Made by a program: the position numbers and the translations under genes
The notes under the pieces: generated by a model
Told to the model about the DNA's origin: nothing
The model's input: the letters and a program-made list of their open reading frames with translations, nothing else
Databases searched by the model: none
Part shown: one piece after another, positions 1 to 16,490 of the stretch
How positions within the stretch are numbered: the stretch's first letter is position 1
How the letters are laid out: each line of letters begins with the position of its first letter
Assembly (NCBI RefSeq): GCF_009914755.1
Contig: NC_060931.1
From: the human T2T-CHM13v2.0 reference genome, Homo sapiens
Length of the DNA: 64,000 bases
Strand: one strand, 5' to 3'

Positions 1-990
1 GCTACTTTGGAGTCACTTTAAAAATAAGCTATGCACAACACAAACATGAGCATACTAAGGAAAAATCTTTACATTTGCATTTAAATTTACAGATTACATC
101 TAATTTTATGTGTTTATTAATCTGCTACAATGAAAGCTCTGGTATTTTAAAGTATCACAAAGAATGTTTTATTTTCAACATTAAAATATATACTAAAATA
201 TTATGAGGTTATAATTAGAACATTACATTTGGATAAAATTAAAATACTTGTTTAATTTCAATACCCTCATATCCTGTATCTAAGCATCAACGGAAAGCAA
301 AATTGGTATTAATGAACATACTGTATCTTATGAATAGTTTAAATCAACTGTGTTGATTTTTTATAATAAAGTTATCCTAGAATAAAAATATATTGCGTAG
401 TTCAGTCATGTCATTGGTTGGGCTAAAGAAGAAAACAGATTATACAAATAATAATGCCTATAAAATACCAAGAATAATAGAAAAGTCCCCAAAGGATAGT
501 TCATTAAATTTATTTTTATGTAGTTTACACATTACTTACACTCTTGAGTAAGGCTGTGAGAATTTAATTTTATATTATTTCACTGACTTATCTCTGTGTT
601 ACAAATTATACATAAAAGTGTTTAAGAAAGTAAACCAAATTATATTAAAAATTCAGTTATTTCCCTTTTTGTCCTATCAAATGAAACAGTTTGTTCATTA
701 ATTCTCAAACATGAAGACCTAAAGAATTTTCACTATTTATCCAATTATTGGTCAGTATTTAAAAAAAAATTCCTATAAACACAACAATGTACATCAATCA
801 CCTTAATAACAATCCATATTTTACAGTTTTCAGCAACATCAAAACAGAAACAGCACACTCATGCCAAGTTTAATCGAACTCTAATCCTGAGTATTCCAAT
901 AATAAATTCACTTATTCCTATTAGCTTTTTCTTATCCAGCCAATTGCTCCAGGCATGAAAATTGCTGTTCAGCATCCTTTTGTTTCTAGT

Positions 991-1297
991 TTTATTTTTT
1001 ATTTTTTAATTTATTTTGAGATGGACTCTCGCTCTGTTCCCCAAGCTGGAGTGCAGTGGTGCGATCTTGGCCCACTGCAACCTCCGCCTCCAGGCTCAAG
1101 CTATTCTCCTGCCTCGGCCTCCCTAGTAGCTGGGATTACAGGCTCCTGCCACCACGCCCAGCTAATTTTGTGTACTTTTGGTAGACAGGGGTTTTTGCCA
1201 TGTTGGCCAGGCTGGTCTCAAATTCCTGACCTCAGATGATGCCTGCCTTGGCCTCCCAAAGTTCTGGAATTACAGGCGTGAGCCACCGCGCCTGGAC
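991..1297 (-). mobile_element. Alu (AluS-type)
   Basis: Reverse-complement Alu dimer with T-rich tail; flanks tttctagtttt / tttctggtttt resemble a TSD. Confidence 0.95.
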
Positions 1298-2244
1298 TTT
1301 TTCTGGTTTTAAATATATATCCTTTATGTACATGAAAAATTTGAAGAGAACAATTCATCTCACATTTCCATGAACTTGCATTCACACCTCTTTTCTAATG
1401 TAATCTAAATAATATTAATATTAAAATGTTATGTACAGTTCAAAGAATGTACAAAAGCCTGTCCATATTCACAGTATATTGCATGAGATGAGTCCAAGAT
1501 GGCCTGCCATATGACTGAAATGACCATTGGCATGGGAAATAAGGAAGACGAGTAAAAAAATACACAAAAATGACACTGGTATTCTGGCTTTGTGGAACAC
1601 ACTTTTCAAATGACAGATGATGCATGCTGTTAAAGTAATTTTACTCAAAGCACATAGGATTTTCTCCTCTTTATAGACTTGGAATAATTCCTACCAAGAA
1701 AATTTGTCAGGACTGCCACATTCACAAATGCATTCTTCATTCATGTAATGACATAAAGATTTTCTTTTTTCTTCATTTTAGCTTATATAAGACAATTGCA
1801 AAATTAGAAGCATAAAGACTAAATCTGAAGGGTTTGCCGGATACTTCTATAAAAGGCAATGAAAAGGAAATTTATTTCATTTAGCAGTACTTAGGGTCCA
1901 AAACAAAATGATTATTTGATATGAAACTGGATGTCACAAAATTGGAAAATAGGGTCACTTTATAGGTTTGGCCTTGATACTAAATTGATGGCAGGCCAGG
2001 ACGTGGGGTGAGGTCATTCACTATGGTGTTAAAGAAAATTCTTTTTTTTTTTGAGAAACACTTATGAAACTCTACGATGATGGAAATAAAATGGTGTAAA
2101 CTTACATTAGTGTAAAGCTATGATGTGCTTGATAAAATAAATGTCAGTTTTCCTTATATAAAATGTAAGTAGGAAGAAAAATACTATTCTAATTCAAAAT
2201 TAAATATAGTGTCTTTTGTTGGATTTCTTGACTTAATATGGGAT

Positions 2245-2778
2245 TGTGGCAGAAATACTCTATCATGATTTCCAATGAGCCACTTCCTGGTATATTCCCT
2301 TCCGTTTGAGTGAAGGCAGAACTTGTGACTTGCTTCTTATCAATAAGATCTGGCAAAGGTGATGGATAGCCACTACCATAATTATTTTAGATTGGATTCC
2401 ATCTTAAGAGGTTAGAGTGAGAGATTTACTCCTGGCCTTCAAGAAGTAAGCTGTCACATGTTAGTGGACCTCACAGAAATAAACTGAGAGAGACCTCTTG
2501 GGGCTCAGTTGTCCCTGGCTGATAGCAAGAGTATGGGGAATTCAGTTCCACACCTACAAGAGACTGAATCCTACCAACAACCACATGAGTTTGGAAGAGG
2601 TCTCCCAAGCTCCAGAAAGGGATACAGCACAACTAACATAGATTATAGTTTGTAAGTTCATGATCAGGGAACCCAGTTAAGCCATGCCTGGATTATTGAC
2701 CCATGAGAATGACAAGATAGTGAATATGTGTTGTTTTAACTCATTAAATTTGTTATGCAGTGACAGAAAACTAATACA
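2245..2778 (+). mobile_element. MaLR solo LTR (MLT1-type)
   Basis: TG...CA ends (tgtggcaga...gaaaactaataca), typical MLT1 3' end, 5-bp near-TSD gggat/aggat. Confidence 0.8.
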
Positions 2779-5049
2779 AGGATGAAAATCATACTCAGAA
2801 ATTTGTTGTGCACACAACATATGTAGACATTATTTTGGTAGAAAAATGTGCAAGACATTTGTGTTATAGTAGATACAGCAATGATTGAGCAGTGATAGAG
2901 GGTAGGGATGAAGGGAAATGGGCTGGGTAAAATAATATATGCATATTGTATTCTATTCTTAGAAAATGCCTTTAAAATTACATTATCTCATTGGATTTTA
3001 AAATAAAAGAGCAAATGGAAAAAAAAAAAAGCCCTGCATTTTGCATGTGAGGAAAATGAGGCTTTGAGAGGTTAAACACTCCAGGCAACGCAGCTAATAT
3101 AAGGGAAAGCAAGAGTGAAGCCCATATTCTTTCTCCAAAGAAGTGACTTGGCAGTGAGTCTCCTGTCTGGTTTATGCCAGTTCACTGGGTTTAGAATCAG
3201 AAGGTATGGGTTTGAGGGTAGCACACTCCAGTCCCTCCTTTCCCCATTCAGTTTTAGAGAAGAGTGATGGGAGAAGTTGCAACCAAATAATAAAAGAGAA
3301 ACTACCAAGATATGAAAAAAGGTGTTGGAAGCCAGCATTTCTCAGTCAAGACCAAGGAGAGAAAATGCTTTTGGCTTAGGCAGCCCACAAGTTATAATGC
3401 ATGGTTCAATCTGTAGCCACAACTAATTAGTTAGGAAACATTATATTTGTTTTGTCAGTATAATCTCCATTTCTCTATTACTGCATACAGTTTTATGTAT
3501 GTTTATATCTATCTTTTTCAAACATTATAAAGATAAGATTATTGCATCTTTTAATATTATAGCTTTTAGCATTATAATCCAAATATGAATTGCATATATA
3601 TCTGTTAAATGAATAAGCAATTGGCTTAATATTTCTATATCTTGGTATGCATATCTATATAGAACAAAGTGCCTTATATGCCTGATTATGTAATAATTAT
3701 TATACTAACCACTATTTTGGAGGGAGTTGAAAATGGATTTAGAGAGAAAAGTTCTATATTTGCTGAGTCATTTTAGGTATATAAATGAAATCCAGATGCT
3801 AGATTATTTTTACACTACAGGCTGAACCTGTTCTCATCAAAATCAATTTGCCTTCGGTGAAGGAGGTATTCAATACAATTCAACAGCTTCTACTTTCCTA
3901 TATATATCAGGGGCTATTTTTTCATTGAAGAGTTATTTAGTACAGTTATTTTTGGTTATTTTCATTACTCTATTAAAAATAATTACTACTATCTGGAAGC
4001 GACAAAAATGTATTTCATGGTGTTAATAACTGGGCTAACAAGATTCAAACATCCCATTGAAATTATGCTTTAAGCAAAAAGTGAGCTGCTTTTATTTATT
4101 TTCATCTAATTTTCTATTATATAGGATGTATTGATCTTTTGTCAAAACATCTCAAAACACATGACTTTGAACAGATGGATTTTATTTGATTTTTGTTTTT
4201 GTGCCAATATTATTTTATGTTTAGTGTATTTGATTTTTCTCAATCTCTTCAGTATTGTCTTCAGGGATGGAAGAAAAGAGAAAGTAACACTTGCAAAGTT
4301 TCTCCTATGTGTCTGACACTATCCCGTAGCTTTTTTTGCGTTGCCTTTCTTTAACCACCTCCACAACATTTTGAGTTACGTACTATTCATACCATTTTTA
4401 CAACAAAGCAGCTGAGACTGCTAAGGAGGGTTAGAAACTTGCTGTAGGATGTCCAGCATACAAAAAAGCTGAGAACTCATCGTTTTTCTCTTGACTTTCA
4501 CATCCTTGTTCTTCCTACCTTTGATCATCACTCTAATTGTCAAGAAAATATTCTAGAAAATCAATATAAATCCTTACTCCTTTATTGAATCCCATTTCCC
4601 CTTGCTTATTTTTCTACTGCCAGTTCACATACATTTTACATTTGTATGCTTATGTTTCACATTAATATTACCATCTATCCTCCTATCCTTGAATATTGTG
4701 AATGTCTTCACTCTCATGGAATCAATTATTCATTCCTTTAATTTTGTTTTATTAAGAGTGGATAAGAAAATGTGCTAAGCTACCTCCAGCTGGAAGCAAA
4801 GCCTATAATGTCACTTCCTTAGCAGGAACACAATAACCAAGCAATCTGTCAGGAGAAATGATAATGTTTCTGTGGAACTCACCCTGAGAATAAAAACTTC
4901 CTTTGTTACTGAGTAAATAAATCCACATTTTCACCAGAATTTACCAGGAAGAAATCGTGATTTCAGAAGAGATTCAATCTGAGCTTTACTCTACTTCCAT
5001 AGCTTTATGCTCAATATATTCCTAAGCAAGGCTTACAATGAAAAAGCGA

Positions 5050-5333
<284 letters not shown>

Positions 5334-6126
5334 CTATGTAATTGCACTGTCAAAATAATAAAATAGAAAAAGCCATCTTATATGAGAAAGGAGAAATTCA
5401 GTGTTAAGACCCACTTGTAGGATCTGTTTTGTTCCACGGATATTCCAGCAGTTAGGATGGAACACACTTGTACTGAGGGTGACAGTTTTACTTTCTTTTG
5501 GTCTTCCACGAGAAGCAGAAGAGATGGCATAATTGTTTTAACTCTATTTTAAGAGTTGGCTGACGTGAAAAAAATTAGTTTTCTAATAAAATGTTCATAT
5601 AATTGATATTGGAGAAATGTTAAGTGACTCTTAGCCATAACTTATCCAAATCACATGGAGTAGCTCACCATATTTTGCCTCAGTACCTCTTTATTTAATA
5701 TATCACATTTGAGAACAGCAGTATACTCTCAAGCAAAGGTGATCCAACCTATTTATTCAAACTTCTGTGTATCTTATTCATTCATTATGATTAAGCTTCC
5801 TTCAGAATTCAACTTTGAAGCAAACAAAACAAATCTTTTTAAAAAAAAGACTTAATAAACGAAGCTATATTTTCAATGATTTCAAGATGCCAATCTTCCC
5901 TATCAAATTAAACTTAGACTATTTATTTGTCTACTGGGCCCAACATATTCTGGCCCTAGCTTTGTATATACTCTGGTCCCTTTTATGTACTCTGTGTTGC
6001 AGCAAAACAAAACAAACAAAATAAAAATAATCTATTATCCTGCATGTTAAGTAGATAAGTCACTGAAAGGAAAGAAACAGAGCTAATTGTGATCTAAAGG
6101 CTATAGTTAAGACTCAATATTAGATG

Positions 6127-6585
6127 CTGCGTAATTTTCTGGTAAAATCAGGAGGGTCGAACCACAAGTTCCCCCCGCCCCCTGCCCCACCCCCGCCAAC
6201 TCTGCTCTGATGTATCAGGTCCCCTTGCCAAACAATCCTCTTTATCAAGGGGGTGAGGGGTTTCTGTTACCTGCCAGTCTGAGGAACTATTCAGCGGAGC
6301 CAAACAAGTCTTCCTGTAGGACCTAGGGGCGCTCCAACCTTTTGATACTAAAAACCCAGCCTTGCACAGCCTTTGGTTGTTCAGTGTTCCCCAGCACAAC
6401 CCCCGTGTGGCTCTGTGTCATGTGTGGTGTCCTGTTCCCCCAAACTTTGAGCATATGTGACTAATAAGCTGCTGTTGATGTCATCTGTCCAGTGTCAGGT
6501 GCAATATGCTTAGCCCTCGCCATAACCCCAGGACAGGCAGGAATCTCTCCCTCACCACCAGGATGCTTAGGAGACAATTAAATTA
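6127..6585 (+). mobile_element. Probable ERV solo LTR (LTR47-like)
   Basis: GC-richer ~460 bp island with a TATA-like tactaaaaa and a degenerate poly(A) signal ctaataag followed by a U5-like segment; family assignment from memory. Confidence 0.5.
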
Positions 6586-6639
6586 TAAAATATTGGACAA
6601 AATATCAACCTGATAATTAATCAAAGAAATAATACTTAG

Positions 6640-7240
6640 AGCAACATGATATAAAATTTGGCTTCTGAACTAAGTTACAATATCTTTCCCTGAAAATTAT
6701 ATGATTTAAAATTTCCATAGTGAAAAATGAATGAAAAACAATTTCTTAGTTTGGGAGTGCAAAGTAGCAGAACTTTTCTGATAAGCAATTTGAGAAGATG
6801 TTTAAGGAATGTCCAAAATATCCTTTTCCTTTTACTCACTAATTTTACTTCTGTAAATATATTGTAAGGGAATAATAAACATTAAGGCAGCATTTTTTTC
6901 ATTGCAGCATTGTTTATAATAATGGAAAGGGGAAAACGACATAAATGCCAATCAATTAGAAAGTGGTTGAAGTAAATAATTAAACGTCTGTACAATGTAA
7001 TAAGAACCAGTCATTACATTTATATTTTTGAAGAGCTTTTGATGTAAAAGGAAAATGTATTTATTGGGCAATTTATACCATATTAAAGATATGTATCTGA
7101 ACTATATTACAATGTACTTTCAACTTTTAGTGTGTGTGCACATGTGTGTAAAAAACGCAAGAAGTAAAGGAAAAAATAGAAATTGTAAAATTATGGCTTC
7201 TATTTTTAGCTTTATAATTGTTACCACTACCATATTTTAC
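6640..7240 (+). mobile_element. Old L1 (L1ME-like) 3' fragment
   Basis: Degraded L1 3' motifs (attgcagcattgtttataat, aaatgccaatcaat). Confidence 0.55.
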
Positions 7241-8509
7241 AGGAAATATTTTACATATTACAATATATTATATTATTATATATACATACATGCAAATATA
7301 TACATTTATAAGTATACATACAAGAAAAAGGTTGAGAATGATACATGCATTTATCCATTTAGCTACTACAAGCTGAGAGCGAGGTGGGCATTTGCCTTTG
7401 AGATCTCTAGCTATAAAGGAAAGCAGAGTAACAAAAATATTCATGAGAAAATGGGTAAATACGTGTTCTCTATATTCCATTGGTAAAATTATTTGAACAA
7501 AGAGAAGCATTGCAAAAATTTGTACACGTAAATATATGTACACATAGTTTGTGAAACATTTTAATTTTCAATATATAGTTTCATGTGTTCATTGTTTCAT
7601 GTACATTAGTTCCACTTCAAGTATTTTGTAAGTTCTTTAAGCAAGGACTGTACCACAGACTTTTCCCATACCTATCTCATATCTAGTATAAGGCTGATTC
7701 CATATTCAATATTACATATCTTCTTTTTTATAGTAGGAGATAGCCCTTATTTGTTGTGACTCTTCCTTCTGTTAGTCCACATTATTTAAAATAGATTTAA
7801 CGTTATAGAAGGTGGACAAATTGTGTTTATAGTATTTGTAATTATTAAGGTAGAAGATGAGAATTTTGTTGTAGTTGCTTTTTTAAAACTAATCCGCTAA
7901 TCACAATATTATATCTTTGAGAACTATCAATAGGATATATAGAACTATCCTTACCATGCTTCATCTAGAGTCTGAATATAAATCTCTGAATAACTTCTAT
8001 TTTAGGCTTGTAGATTTTCATTATAAACACTTATAATCAAGGAAAAAAGAGGAGAATATTTGTATTTGGAAGAAACAGCTATACTTTCAACTTATTTCAG
8101 AAGAAAATAGAAAACCTGTAAGTACAAAGAAAATAATATGTTTATTTTTATATTTTATGTCCCCTAAATATTTATGATTATCATTATTTTCTTTGGATTT
8201 TTGCATATATGATTTATTTGGTTGCCTAGTGGGACTAATAAATGTATGCAAATAAGACCATTATTACAAATGTAATACATTTAATTCAAAAAATCTTCTC
8301 CTATATTTGACAGAGGGCTTATTGCTGTGTTTATTTGTATGTATGCATATATGTATCTTCCCTGCAAAATGAATACATAATCAACTCTATGTTTTCACAT
8401 ATTGCCAGTGTTGGAAATTCCACTGATAAATACAAGAAAATGGAAAGTCTGATTAGCTATTTTTGTCTTTTTTAAAAGCTGTTCTTAATCACTTCTGCTC
8501 AGATTTTTA

Positions 8510-10832
<2,323 letters not shown>

Positions 10833-11339
10833 AATAATTCTATAACAGGATTAGGACACAGTCCGTGAGTTTATTCATGACTAATTGTCAATTTTCTTTA
10901 GGATTCTAAGAATGTCACAATCCTCCTCAGAAACTTAATGGACTCATTTATGAAATATTGATAAAATATCTGAACTATTTTCTTCAGATTTCTGAGATCT
11001 CTCAGAATATTGTTGTTTCTTTCAGTCTGATTCAATTATTTAGAATTGTTATTATGTTCTCAGATGAGTAATTCTGGCTGGTATATTAGAAAGAGGTACA
11101 TTAGGCCTGCAGCTTTCTTTTTTATGCACACGAAATCAATACTATAATGGAATATTTAGAAACCATCATTTATAAGAATCTTATGCCAAAATAAATTTCA
11201 TTCATTATCTGTGTTTTATTTTATATGTAATACTTAAAAAAATATTTAAGTATAAAAATCTTATACAATCAAAACAATTTTGAGAATGAGTAAAAAAATT
11301 CAGAGAAATATGGTATTTTTATTACTATCTCAGGAAATA

Positions 11340-13900
11340 CATTATAAAAAGTTGCCAAAATCATAATTAAATAGATTACAAAATAAAATAAATAAAATTT
11401 TCTCCCAAATAATGAATTGTATAGCTGGATAAAACTTTAAAAAATAACCAACCATTTCAGCATTCTGGAAATTAAACAAAAGTTTACAACAAACTAAGCA
11501 GCATTTGTTCATGAGAAGCGCTGATCTTCAAGAACACTGGTGTATTAGTCTGTTTTCATGCTGCTGATAAAGACATACCCAAGACTGGGCAATTTACAAA
11601 AGAAAGAGGTTTATAATGGACTTACAGTTCCACGTGGCTGGGAAAGCCTCACAATCATGGCAGAAGGCAAAGTCACATCTCAGTGGATGGCGGAAGGCAA
11701 AGAGAGAGCTTATGCAGGGAAACTCCTCCTTATAAAACCATCAGATCTCATGAGACTTATTCACTATCATGAGAACAGCACGAGAAAAACTCGCCCCCAT
11801 GACTCATATACCTCCCACCGGGTGCCTCCTACAACACACGGGAATTCAAGATGACATTTGGGTAGGGACACAGCCAAACCATATCAAGTGGGAATCTTGG
11901 TCGTACTTGGCTTGGGCTGCTTCCATCCCCAGCTAAGTTGTCATGATAATTCTATCAGACAGGGCAGGGTATGAAAACCAGAAGCTTTACTGCTGGAGGG
12001 GATGAAACAAGTGGCAGACTTGCAATTTATTTGGGGATTAAACTGGGAGACTGGGAATTGGGACATCCATAAATAGATTTAATAAGTTCTCAATATATCC
12101 CTGGGTAAATGAAGGCTGAGTGCATGTTTGGCAGAAACCAGAGAGAGCCCAAACTGTTCACACAAATCTAACCAAAAGAAGGTTACACAGATGTGCAGCA
12201 CAGAGAGAAGTTTCAGTGGAAAGTAAAATCATAGTCATACTTGGAAACTGTCAGACTCACAAATTGCTTGTGCTTTTAATGTCTCTCCATTTTATATACA
12301 AATTTATCAACAAAGCTTTGCAAATCTGAATGAAGTCAAAATAATTGAATCATACCAAATAGGTTTTCCAACTACAATGAAACTAAACTAAAGATCAAGA
12401 GCAGAAAGAGACTGGAAAAATCCCCAAACATTAGGGAATGTAAAAACATGTTTCTAAATAAACAATAGGTAAGAGAAAAAATTACAAGGGAATTAAGAAA
12501 TCTTTTGAAGTGAATAAAAATGAAAAAAAATGCATGGGATGCAGTAAAGTAGTCCTTAAAGGAAAATACATAGTTTTAAATGTCTATGTCACAAAACAAG
12601 AAAGCTCTCCAACTAATAAACTAACTTTTCACCTTAAGAATCTAGGAGAAAAAAGCTAACTAACTACAAAATAAATGAAAGAAAAGATATAGATGATATT
12701 TAGACCAGAAATCAATAAAATAGAAAACAAAAAATAATGGAGAAAAATCAATAAAAGCAAAAATTGGGTCTTTGAAAAGATTGGCAAAACTGACAAATCT
12801 TCAACTAGCTTTACTAAGAAAAAATTGAAGACACTATAATAAAAATTAGGAATAATAAAGGGCTTCACTGTGTGACCTAAGAGAAATGAAAAGGATAAAG
12901 TATGATGAATACATTTGTGACAATAGTTATAAAACATAGGTGAAATGAATACATTTTTAGAAAGACTCAAATTACCAAAACTGATTGAAGAAGAAAGAGA
13001 ACATTTAAATAGTCTTATAACAAATAAAGGCATTGAATTAGTAACTGGATGTCTTACTGAAAAAGAAAGCTTAGGCCAGGTGATTTCATTGGTGGATTCT
13101 ACCAAATATTCAAAAAATGAATAATACGAATTCTTCACAAACTCTATAGAAAAATACAGCCAGGAACACTTCCCAACACATTCTACATGGTCAGTATTAT
13201 GAGATTACTCAAAGATATCACAAGAAAACAAATCTACAGAATAATATCCCTCATGAATATCCACAAACAATTACTTAACAAAGCAAAGTAAATCATGAAA
13301 AATTGCTGGCAAGAATGCAAAATGACAAACTCACCTTGACTATGTGGCAGTTTCTTAAATAGTTAGACGGAAACTTACCATACAACCAGAAATTTTATGT
13401 CTAGTAAACTAACCAATAAAAATTACATATTATACATGTATACTAAAACATGTATGCAAATATTATTTAAAATATGGGAGAAAATCTCACGGAAAAACAA
13501 AATGTTGACTTTTTAAACAATGGAACATATTTAGCAGTAAAAAGGAGCAAACCACTGGCACATGCTACAACTAACCTAAAAACTAGTAACCTAAAAAACT
13601 AGTAAATGAGAGAAACCAGACACCAAAACTGTATATTGAATGATCCAATTTATATGAAATGCTTGGAAAAGGCAAACTTACAGAGACAAGAAGTAAATCA
13701 GTAGTTAGTTTTTGGATGAGGGATGTTGGAAGCAGAGATTGCTAGCAGCCTCAAAGGAGTCTTTGCAAAGATGGAAATCTCTAAAACAAGATTGTGGTGA
13801 TGATTGCACAAGTCCATAAATGTATTAAAGTCATTGATTTGTACACTAACAATAGATATTTATGATATGTAAGTTATATCCAAGAAAATTGTTAAAATAA
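11340..13900 (+). mobile_element. Old, internally deleted L1M (L1MC/MD-like), interrupted by a THE1 LTR
   Basis: A-rich ORF2-like segments at 12330-13280 and L1MD-like 3' end (gattgcacaagtccataaatgtattaaa...). Confidence 0.7.
11541..11886 (-). mobile_element. THE1 (THE1B-like) MaLR solo LTR
   Basis: tgtattagtctgttttcatgctgctgataaagacatacc...cagccaaaccatatca is the reverse complement of the THE1 LTR; 5-bp TSD actgg/agtgg. Confidence 0.92.
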
Positions 13901-15071
13901 TAATAATAATAATATAAAGAGCTATCCACATGTGGTACTACTGCCAACTAGGATCCAATGAGATCTGTTCTAATTTGTCTCTGTTTCTAAAAACTCATAA
14001 AGATGGTGACTAATGCAGAAAAGAAAATGAGCCACTATTTCCTAAGAAGACAATGCTATCTTTTCAAACTTAACAACATTTTTAGTGTTCTTCACTATTA
14101 TAATTGCTAAGTCTTTCTAGCCTTGCAGATGTAGCCAGTCCATTATGGAACTGTACATAGCAAATGCCTTTTTCAAAAATCAGAAGAATTTCTTTGGCTT
14201 GTTTCAAACAGCTGTGTTTCTGAGGCCATAAGATGGAGTTTTAAATAAGAAAAAAAAGGAGACTCATTTTTTGAGCATCACATTTTGTTCTTTTTTTTCT
14301 GTTCATTTCTCTTTAAGAGGAAATAACATTTGTTGAGCATACAGTAAGTACAAGATTTTGTGTTAGGTTCACTTACAATTATGAGATACATGGAGTTCAT
14401 TTTATTTACAGATGAACAAACTTATTCTCAAAATTTACATGTGTTAGAGCTGAATTTCAACACAGAGATTTATAATTCCAAAACGTATTACCTATTCTTT
14501 CCACTCTGTTGCCTTGTGTTTTGCTGAGTACCTTCAAAACCATTGTACAGTTGTTGATAAACACTTACATCTTTAAAGTTAACAGGTTAAAAGTTAAAGG
14601 ATATATTTTTAAAAAATTATGAACCATTTAATAGAAGATTACAGGTCTGTGTTTCTCTTTGCATACATTACAAAATTATAAATTATGATGCACCTGTATA
14701 GCTGTGTGTGTATACACACACATACATAGGTATAGGTATGAACAATGAATTTATAAATTCCTTGACTGTTGCCTCAGTTGTTCCTAAAATTTTATAGTAA
14801 TAATTACTTACATTTCAGGTCCTCCTACTAAATTGTTAGTACGTTAAGAATCTGGGTCTTTGTTGTGTTCACTCTATTAATCTAGCACCCAACAAAATTT
14901 AAGTCATACCATGGATGACAAATGAATGATCATCAATGAGTAAACATTTAAAAATGCATCCACTGTGAGTTACAGAAACAGTTTATTTTATGCTGTACAC
15001 ATTTTTTTAATAAGTAGAAAAAAGTATATTTCCTTTTCGAAAAAAACATTTCACTGCAGATATCGTTACAG

Positions 15072-15570
15072 CAGTGGCTTTCAAACTTTTGGTTTGGGGA
15101 AACATATCCACTTTAATATTACTGATTATCTCAAGGAGTTTTTCTTTATATGTGTTACAACTATGTATATTTTCCATGTTATAAATTAAAATTGGGAATT
15201 AAAAATATTTATTAATGCATTTAAAATAATCTTATTCCATGTTAAAATAAATAATACTTTATTAAAAATAACTATTTGATAAGCAAAATTCATGAGAAGG
15301 GGAATGCTGTTTTAAATTTTTGTAAATCGGCTTAATTTGGACTTAATAGAAGGCAGCTGAATTTTCACAGCTACTTCTGTATCAAATCTCTTGTGAAGTC
15401 ACATATTAAATAACCTCTGAAAAACTCTATTGTATATTCATAAAAGGATCAGCATGAAAAAGGCAAATTCTGCCCTTGCATTACTATTAAAATAGTCTTG
15501 GCTTTGTGGACTCCCCTGAAGAATCTTTGAGATCATGAGGGTCCCATTGACATTACTTTGAGAACCACAT
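15072..15570. mobile_element. hAT-Charlie DNA transposon relic (Charlie1-like)
   Basis: Inverted termini cagtggctttcaaact ... actttgagaaccac; internal Charlie1-like sequence. Confidence 0.7.
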
Positions 15571-15979
15571 AGGAGAATGGTAAAAAACAAACCAAACAAA
15601 ACATTACTTCTGTCTTCTATTTTGAAATTATTTTTGTTTTCCTAAATAAATTTTTTCTTTTATTTGCCAGGTATGCTTGTTTTATATAACTTTTATAAAC
15701 TATTTATAAAGTTAGAACTGTCTATTAAAATATTATAAAAGATTCATAGTAGTTTTACTATCAATAGGTTTATGTAACCAAAATTAAAATTCACTAATGG
15801 CCATTTTCCACCATAAAAGAACAGGTATACTACATTTTATTCTTCACTACTTCCTTGCTTAAATCTTTGTCTTGTCTCACAAAGGCAGCTAAATTATTAG
15901 TTTTGATTACTTTTTCCCTATTGATGAAGCTTTTGGATACTGCTGTTTTACTGTGAACATGAAAAAGAAACAGCAATTG

Positions 15980-16490
15980 TACAATTTTATTATGGAAAAT
16001 TTATATATATGGAAATGTAATATAAGACTACAATAAAATCCAACGTGGTTAATCTCCAAGCTCCAACAATCAACAAATTATGTTCAATTTTATTTTATCT
16101 ACATCTCCAACATTCTCTACACTTAGCTAATTTTGAAGCAAATTTCAGATATGATATCATTTGATCTGTAAATATTTTAGTGTGCATTTCCAAAAGATAC
16201 ACTCAGTGGTAATTATAGTTAATAACAATATATTGTATTATAGAACAATGCTAAGACAGTTGTTATAATAACTCTAGCTAATTAACATAAGCACTATCTC
16301 ATGTAGTTATCACTTTGTTTCATGAAACATATATACTTGTATATATACTTCAAAACATCATAATGTATATGATAAACACATACCATTTTATCAATTTAAA
16401 AAATACATAAACTCAATTAAAACATTAACATATAAATGAAAGTAGAGCTAACAATAAATCCTTAATATTACCAAATATTTAGTCAATCAA
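15980..16490 (-). mobile_element. Old L1MC-like fragment with a nested L1MA-like 3' piece (~16205-16400)
   Basis: Degraded L1MC antisense motif (ttttgaagcaaatttcagata) interrupted by gtggtaattatagttaataacaata... Confidence 0.5.

Noticed and set aside
955-1239. Alu-derived ORFs (also 28899, 42812, 45674, 60965, 61206)
   Set aside because: Translations of Alu consensus with no independent coding evidence.
7055-7543. Overlapping 143-aa and 91-aa ORFs
   Set aside because: AT-rich low-complexity and old L1 sequence; composition typical of chance ORFs.
12656-13138. 160-aa hydrophobic minus-strand ORF
   Set aside because: Antisense of A-rich L1 sequence produces spurious Phe/Leu-rich frames.
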